NCBI GenBank assembly: GCA_965216875.1
Contig: OZ244207.1
Coordinates: 2,848,001 to 2,912,000 of the forward strand
Length of the DNA: 64,000 nt
Reading direction: 5' to 3'
Origin: Rubripirellula sp.
Lineage (GTDB): Bacteria; Planctomycetota; Planctomycetia; Pirellulales; Pirellulaceae
Shown here: piece by piece, positions 60,520-64,000 of the stretch
How positions within the stretch are numbered: position 1 is the first letter of the stretch
How the letters are laid out: every line of letters begins with the position of its first letter
Notes under the pieces: generated by a model
What the model was told of the DNA's origin: nothing
The model's input: only the letters and a program-made list of their open reading frames with translations
The model's database searches: none
Translations under genes and position numbers: made by a program

Positions 60520-61146
60520 CTATGCGACCACCTCGACAAACGCATGCCCATCCGCAAGCGAATTGATGATCGCACGTGCGATTTTTGCCCCACCGCTCGA
60601 AGAGGGCTCAATCGGCGAGACCGACGAATAATCGCCGGCTTCGTTGCAAATCGTCCGCAAGTCAATCAACCGGTTGCCGAACTCGAACGCCGTGCGTGTA
60701 ATCGTGTCGTTAAACACGCAGAGCCCCGCCGTTTCAGACGAATCCAGCCCTGGTACCGCGTCGTAGATCGAACAAGTCACGAGCGGAAGCCGCAATTCGC
60801 GAAGTTCGCAAACCAGTTTCCTGTATTCCAGTGTGAACTCACCGAGCTTCTCGGCAATTCGCTGAAGCGATGCACGAACATCCAACGTCTCTTGTGAAAA
60901 CAGGCTACCAGCCATGTAGAGCGCATCGTTGCCGCCGACACTCAGCACCAGATGCGTGGCGTCTTTGGGAACCCGCTCGATCTGTCGAAACACCGACGAA
61001 ACGGTCGCCCCGTCAACCGCAACCAACGTCGCATGATCTTCGGCCGACAAAAGGCGACGAACATGTTCGATCACCGACGAACCCTCGGGAACATAGATCC
61101 CGTTGTCGAAAATCGAATCACCAAGCAAAACAATGTGACGCTTCAA
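60520..61146 (-). CDS. SGNH/GDSL hydrolase-fold protein
   Basis: LLGDSIFDN, AVDGA, SVGGND and DY..SPIEPS..GG.KIA; TTG start with GGAG RBS. Confidence 0.88.
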   Translation of the reverse strand: MKRHIVLLGDSIFDNGIYVPEGSSVIEHVRRLLSAEDHATLVAVDGATVSSVFRQIERVPKDATHLVLSVGGNDALYMAGSLFSQETLDVRASLQRIAEKLGEFTLEYRKLVCELRELRLPLVTCSIYDAVPGLDSSETAGLCVFNDTITRTAFEFGNRLIDLRTICNEAGDYSSVSPIEPSSSGGAKIARAIINSLADGHAFVEVVA

Positions 61147-61356
61147 ATCTCGCTCCTCGTCTCAACCGTAAACACACAAAGTACGAGTGGTTGCTGGACA
61201 TTGATTGTATCTCGTAGCCCGTGAAACTGAGCCGCGAAACAGATTGATCTGCGGTCTCGGACAACCAACCCGAAATTCCGTTGCGTCTTGACGCCGAAAC
61301 GTGCTACTGGAGTGCCAGGTTCCGTCAGGGTTGGATCTTGCCAAGGATGTCACGAA

Positions 61357-61761
61357 ATGTCGAATCAACGAGTGAAACGACTACTTCTGATTTCCATCGT
61401 TCTCATCAGTGGTTGTCGCGCCGCGGCTCCTAAGACCGAATCGATGGACCATCTGCTGCAAACGGTCAACTATGAAGTCCCCGACAATTCGACCAACACA
61501 GCGTCTAGGGACGACTACCGCTTGACCTTCGGCCAGCGAGCTCGTGAATTCCGTGATAACGTCCTTGACGGAGCAAAGCGATTTGGCTGGTTCCTGGCGG
61601 GCGGGTTCTACGAGGCGGCGGCCGACGCATTCTCGATTGGCAGCAGTGACGACGACGATGATGATCCTGGCTACGAGAACACGTCACGCAGAATCGCCGA
61701 CAACAACCTGCAAAACTGGCTCGATCAACGCGACCGATGGCGTGACGAAGACAAACGTTGA
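61357..61761 (+). CDS. Putative lipoprotein
   Basis: KRLLLISIVLISG-C lipobox; acidic DDDDDD tract. Confidence 0.65.
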   Translation: MSNQRVKRLLLISIVLISGCRAAAPKTESMDHLLQTVNYEVPDNSTNTASRDDYRLTFGQRAREFRDNVLDGAKRFGWFLAGGFYEAAADAFSIGSSDDDDDDPGYENTSRRIADNNLQNWLDQRDRWRDEDKR

Positions 61762-61825
61762 CTCTTGAAATCGACGGCAGCGCCTTTACTTGGCACATCG
61801 GTTCTCCTGAATGTCCCACGTGGAC

Positions 61826-62461
61826 TCAAAGAACCCTCGTGGCGCGATCATTAAACTCTCGAACCGTCTCGCCGCTCTCTGCCTCGACGTAGTCTGCGAA
61901 CTCAATCCACAGACTCCGCTGCTTCGTTTCCGTGATCTCTGAATCGACGGGCCAGCCTTCGGTCCATAAAAAGGTTTCGTCTTCATCGACTTCTACCCCA
62001 GGACAATACTCGGCAATCAACGCGAGTGCATCCGGCATGGATCGTGCACACACATAACCTTTAAGTGCGACTCCCTCTGGCACGGCGTCCCAGCGAGAAT
62101 CGTTTGGCGATCGAAACCAAAACGTACTGATCTGCCAACAGTTCAGTTCAGCGGTGAGCGGCGACGCGATTGATCGAACTTGCACGACATTGCGCGCACG
62201 GCCCGTTTGCCGAAGCAACATGGCCACGTCGGCACGCATGAGTTCCAACAGAAACCCTTGGTTCTGTTCGTCGATTGCCAGCGTGATCGGGCCAGGACCA
62301 TCAGGAACCTTGGTGGCCGCAATCAGCGTTCGGTGACACGTATCGATGTCCTCACTGCCAAAGTCAACAATGCAAAACGCACCATTTAGAATCTCAGCGC
62401 GCGCATTGCCCAGACGGTAGTGACGCTCATCTTCCGCCTTCACCCACTCTCCGACTTCCAT
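61826..62461 (-). CDS. Hypothetical protein
   Basis: 211-aa ATG ORF with a GAGG RBS-like sequence; acidic; no motif recognised. Confidence 0.65.
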   Translation of the reverse strand: MEVGEWVKAEDERHYRLGNARAEILNGAFCIVDFGSEDIDTCHRTLIAATKVPDGPGPITLAIDEQNQGFLLELMRADVAMLLRQTGRARNVVQVRSIASPLTAELNCWQISTFWFRSPNDSRWDAVPEGVALKGYVCARSMPDALALIAEYCPGVEVDEDETFLWTEGWPVDSEITETKQRSLWIEFADYVEAESGETVREFNDRATRVL

Positions 62462-62656
62462 CCCATTGCCTCGCCTAAAACATTTTGGATTCTTACATCA
62501 CAATGCTGAAAAACATAACACGCCGCGTTTTGCCCTTCGCACGAAAAAACAGGTCAGCATCAGAGACCACACGCGCCAATTAGAACTGCTACACTACCTC
62601 GCCTGCGATCGGATCACCTGAACTAACCAACCAGCTATCCCGTCGAATCACTGTCA

Positions 62657-63175
62657 TTGATCCTCAGCTGGAGCAACAAATTGGACGAGACCTTATTGTT
62701 TACGCTTAAAGCGCTGGGCTGGTTGCTTGGCCTACTCGTTGGACTGCTTGTCGGGAGCGCTTTCGCCGCGATCTGGCTGCGTCTCGCAGCCTCTTTCCTG
62801 AAACTTGGCCCAATCAAATACACCAAGGCCTTCACTGCAACACTGCTCTGCAATTTTGTTGTCACGTGTGCCCAGCTTTCCATTTCCTTCAACCACGGGT
62901 ACATGGCAGGTTACTTTGGAGGTATCGACAGAATATCGGAGGTCAAATTCCACTACCCACCAGTCTACTTCTTGTACTTTCTTGCGTTTTCCTATGTCCT
63001 GGTGGCAGCGATCTTGCGCTGCGTGCTTCGCCGCGAGGACGAATCCCAAGTGAGCTTTAGCGATGCGTTCGCGCTCGCTGGCGTCTACAACGCTCTCTTG
63101 ATCACATCCATTTTCCTAATTGGGTCGATCGTGCTCGCCATCGTTCTCGGAATGTTGAGTCTGCTCGTTGGGTGA
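62657..63175 (+). CDS. Membrane protein (about 4 TM), start uncertain
   Basis: Four hydrophobic helices. Confidence 0.7.
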   Translation: MILSWSNKLDETLLFTLKALGWLLGLLVGLLVGSAFAAIWLRLAASFLKLGPIKYTKAFTATLLCNFVVTCAQLSISFNHGYMAGYFGGIDRISEVKFHYPPVYFLYFLAFSYVLVAAILRCVLRREDESQVSFSDAFALAGVYNALLITSIFLIGSIVLAIVLGMLSLLVG

Positions 63176-63240
63176 CGACCTTTCCGTTACCCAGACTTTT
63201 TGGACGTCTGCCGTCAGGAACTCAGCATACTGCTTTCACG

Positions 63241-63681
63241 ATGAACGATTCAGAAGAATTGCCGATCGTCGAGTCTCAGATTCGACTTGCGCTGGCGATC
63301 CTTTTCCTGATCTTCTTCTGGACGATCGTTGGAGTGTTCGAGTCGATCGTCGTCTGGCATTATGCCCGATATGGCTTTCCGCAACTCGGCGCGTCGGCCT
63401 GCTTGTTGGTTTGGATCGTTGGAATGGCCACACCCGCCTACATGTGCCACCCCAAACGCTATCGATTGACGACGCTTACCACGGGCCTGCTCTTGAGCTG
63501 CTTCGTCTTTGCCTTGAGCAACATCGCCCAACGAACAGCACACCCGATGGGTGCAAAGCAACTCGCCGCGATCGAATCGAAACTCGTCATTGTCTTTATC
63601 GTTCAATTGGTCTTGTTCGCCACCTTGTGGGCCTTCGCCTTTCGCAAGGAGATATGGCAGCGAACCGCATCAGAGGAGTGA
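63241..63681 (+). CDS. Membrane protein (about 4 TM)
   Basis: ATG at 63241; four hydrophobic helices. Confidence 0.65.
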   Translation: MNDSEELPIVESQIRLALAILFLIFFWTIVGVFESIVVWHYARYGFPQLGASACLLVWIVGMATPAYMCHPKRYRLTTLTTGLLLSCFVFALSNIAQRTAHPMGAKQLAAIESKLVIVFIVQLVLFATLWAFAFRKEIWQRTASEE

Positions 63682-63709
63682 GGGAGCTATTTCGGCGAGG
63701 CAATCGTCT

Positions 63710-63741
63710 CCTCATCCGTGTGATTCGTGATATCCGTGGTT
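63710..63741. repeat. Solo three-heptad (ATnCGTG x3) element resembling one arm of the 897-1596 array
   Basis: CCTC-ATCCGTG-TG-ATTCGTG-AT-ATCCGTG-GTT. Confidence 0.6.
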
Positions 63742-64000
63742 CGCTCTTATTCACACGCCTGACTTTGGAGAAGCAACCAGGTTTCACGCGTGGGAAACTT
63801 TAACGATTGGCGAGGCCTTTCGGCTGCCAGCTGTTAAGGTTTTCGGGCTGTAACGCCGAGGCCGGTTTTCATGGTTATTTGGATATTTTGCGTCGATCCA
63901 GAGTAGGGTGCCGTAGGGAGACGGCGCCCGTTGACCGACCTGAATTCCTACGGAACCGACCGTGTCGTCTGCTCGCGAGTTCTCATCATCGCTCCAGTGG

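Noticed and set aside
57130..63700. Integron cassette array or prophage explanation for the run of small accessory genes
   Set aside because: Mixed gene orientations, no repeated attC-like sites that I could identify, and no integrase or phage genes.

Overview
This is a chromosomal segment that looks like a planctomycete (Pirellulaceae-like), inferred from the RRLRLESLETRRLLA leader, dockerin-type repeats and a BBP7-like barrel. It holds about 50 CDS: two dockerin-bearing surface proteins, a CoA-disulfide reductase-rhodanese, a CHAD protein, YyaL, two giant coupled membrane proteins, YceI, an HTH-PTS IIA, GntP, the sdhCAB operon, an MFS transporter, a TctC/TctB-like fusion, a Wzy-type polysaccharide locus and a run of small accessory genes. 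I saw no rRNA, tRNA, canonical CRISPR-cas or transposase. The most striking element is a non-coding tandem array at 897-1596, made of ~155-bp units. Each unit folds into a long nested hairpin with compensatory and G-U changes and a fixed-length 9-nt variable loop segment. The array lies directly upstream of, and co-oriented with, a GxxExxY/PD-(D/E)XK nuclease-family gene. Three further families of dispersed palindromic (REP-like) repeats occur between genes. All calls come from reading motifs by eye; no database search was run and several start codons are best guesses.
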